DNA of 60,851 nt, the filler included, from Nemertoderma westbladi (taxonomy: Eukaryota > Animalia > Xenacoelomorpha): NCBI GenBank assembly GCA_032718475.1. It is 3 parts of 3 records of this genome, joined end to end, with 100 filler letters (N's around TTAATTAATTAA, not from the genome) between each part and the next. Parts side by side here need not be neighbours in the genome. Positions count along the whole stretch, not along the records: positions 52,132 to 60,851 come from JAUCBJ010005970.1; 2 more parts are not named here. One strand, written 5' to 3'. Position 1 is the first letter of the stretch. The number at the start of each line of letters is the position of its first letter. Under the pieces are notes generated by a model. That model was given only the letters and a program-made list of their open reading frames with translations. It ran no database searches and was not told where the DNA came from. Of this stretch, positions 59,775 through 60,851 are shown in pieces. The position numbers and the translations under genes were made by a program.

Positions 59775-60198
59775 GGTACTAGCTGACTAGTGACTAGTTT
59801 ACTGTACGGTACTGACTGGCATGTCTTTGTCAGTTTGTAGCCTCAGCCTGGCACTTGGTAGCGTAGGCCAGTACAGCAGTCTGGCAGTTAGGCAGTGTAG
59901 CTGTACTATGATGGACTAGATGACTCCTGTGTGGAATCCATCCAAAAAGTGCGCCGGATAGCGCGCCAACCAATTTTTATGTGCGCCACAGTTTATATGG
60001 CGCGCAGATGACCATATATCGGTTGTGGCAGTGAAACACTTAACTTCTTTATCTAGGATTATTTTAAGTTTACCGGCTACTCTTTTAAATGCGTCTGGTA
60101 TTAGAACAGTTCGAATATGTGTATCGCTTGGGAGAGTGTATCGTGGATTTAATGTATTAATAAAGACACCGAATCGTTCGTTGTTAATAAGGTAATAT

Positions 60199-60828
60199 TA
60201 ACAACGAACGAACGAACGACACTTCTGTTACCTGGGATCATGGATCCGGAACTCAGGTGAGGACCTTCAAATACGTAAGGGAAAGGCATGGGCTGCCTTG
60301 AATAGGATTTCCAGGATTTGGAAGTCACCGAGAATTAATCGGAAACTTAAGGTCCGATTATTTAGAGCAGCAGTAGTTCCAGTACTCCTCTACGAGAGTC
60401 CATGCTGGGCTCTAACTGCTGAGGACACCAAATCTCTGGATGGCACATTCACAAAAATTCTATGCCGGGTTCATTGTGTCAAGTACAATGCACACATCTC
60501 CAACCAGACACTATATAACATTGGAGGTGTCTCATTGGTTCCCCCAAGCTTGACACTAGAACAAAATCGCCTCCGCTTTGCAGGACATTGCTTTTGCCGT
60601 GAGGACCAGCCAGTGCATAATCTTGTACTTTGGCAGCCTCATGGAGTGAATAAGCATGGTGGACAGCCCATGACTTTCTTGAGACGCATCTTAAAGGACA
60701 CTGGCCTTAAAGATGCGGATGATCTAGCAAATGTCATGGATGATAGGGAGTTGTGGCGGTGCAATTTTGTTGACAAGCCGGCACAGCATTCTTAAAAATG
60801 CAGCTGCAATGCAGCATGCCTATCCTAG
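60199..60828 (+). mobile_element. 5'-truncated RTE-clade LINE with a 14-bp TSD
   Basis: YLGS...LKVRLF...LLY...W.LT...RLRFAGH...LVLWQP; taataaggtaatat at 60185-60198 and 60829-60842. Confidence 0.88.
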
Positions 60829-60851
60829 TAATAAGGTAATATGGAAGCATA

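Noticed and set aside
1-60851. Viral, giant-virus or prokaryotic RT system (retron, DGR)
   Set aside because: All RTs belong to eukaryotic LINE or LTR families, the host genes are metazoan-type with a spliceosomal acceptor, and no capsid, packaging ATPase or adenine-specific template/variable repeat pair was seen.

Overview
AT-rich animal (invertebrate-type) nuclear DNA made of three contigs joined by artificial 100-bp spacers (N44-TTAATTAATTAA-N44 at 30684-30783 and 52032-52131). Contig 1 carries a tandem cluster of three intronless, ~1,060-1,090-codon LRPPRC-like pentatricopeptide-repeat (PPR) genes with patchwork gene-conversion tracts; one copy is frameshifted. It also holds the 3' coding exon of Asterix/WDR83OS followed by a 22-bp satellite that starts at its stop codon, intronless SRP14 and fukutin genes, RTE and CRE-like retrotransposon remnants and several tandem arrays. 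Contigs 2 and 3 are almost entirely transposable elements: a decayed Academ/DUF6589-like transposase, two PHD-ORF1 CR1/L2-type LINEs whose ORF2 follows ORF1 in frame behind one stop codon with no AUG, an intact CsRn1-type Gypsy element nested in a BEL/Pao element, and several MITEs. The best candidate for an undescribed system is the diversifying mitochondrial PPR cluster; LINE stop-codon readthrough is the second. All family calls come from motif recognition by eye, and no searches were run.
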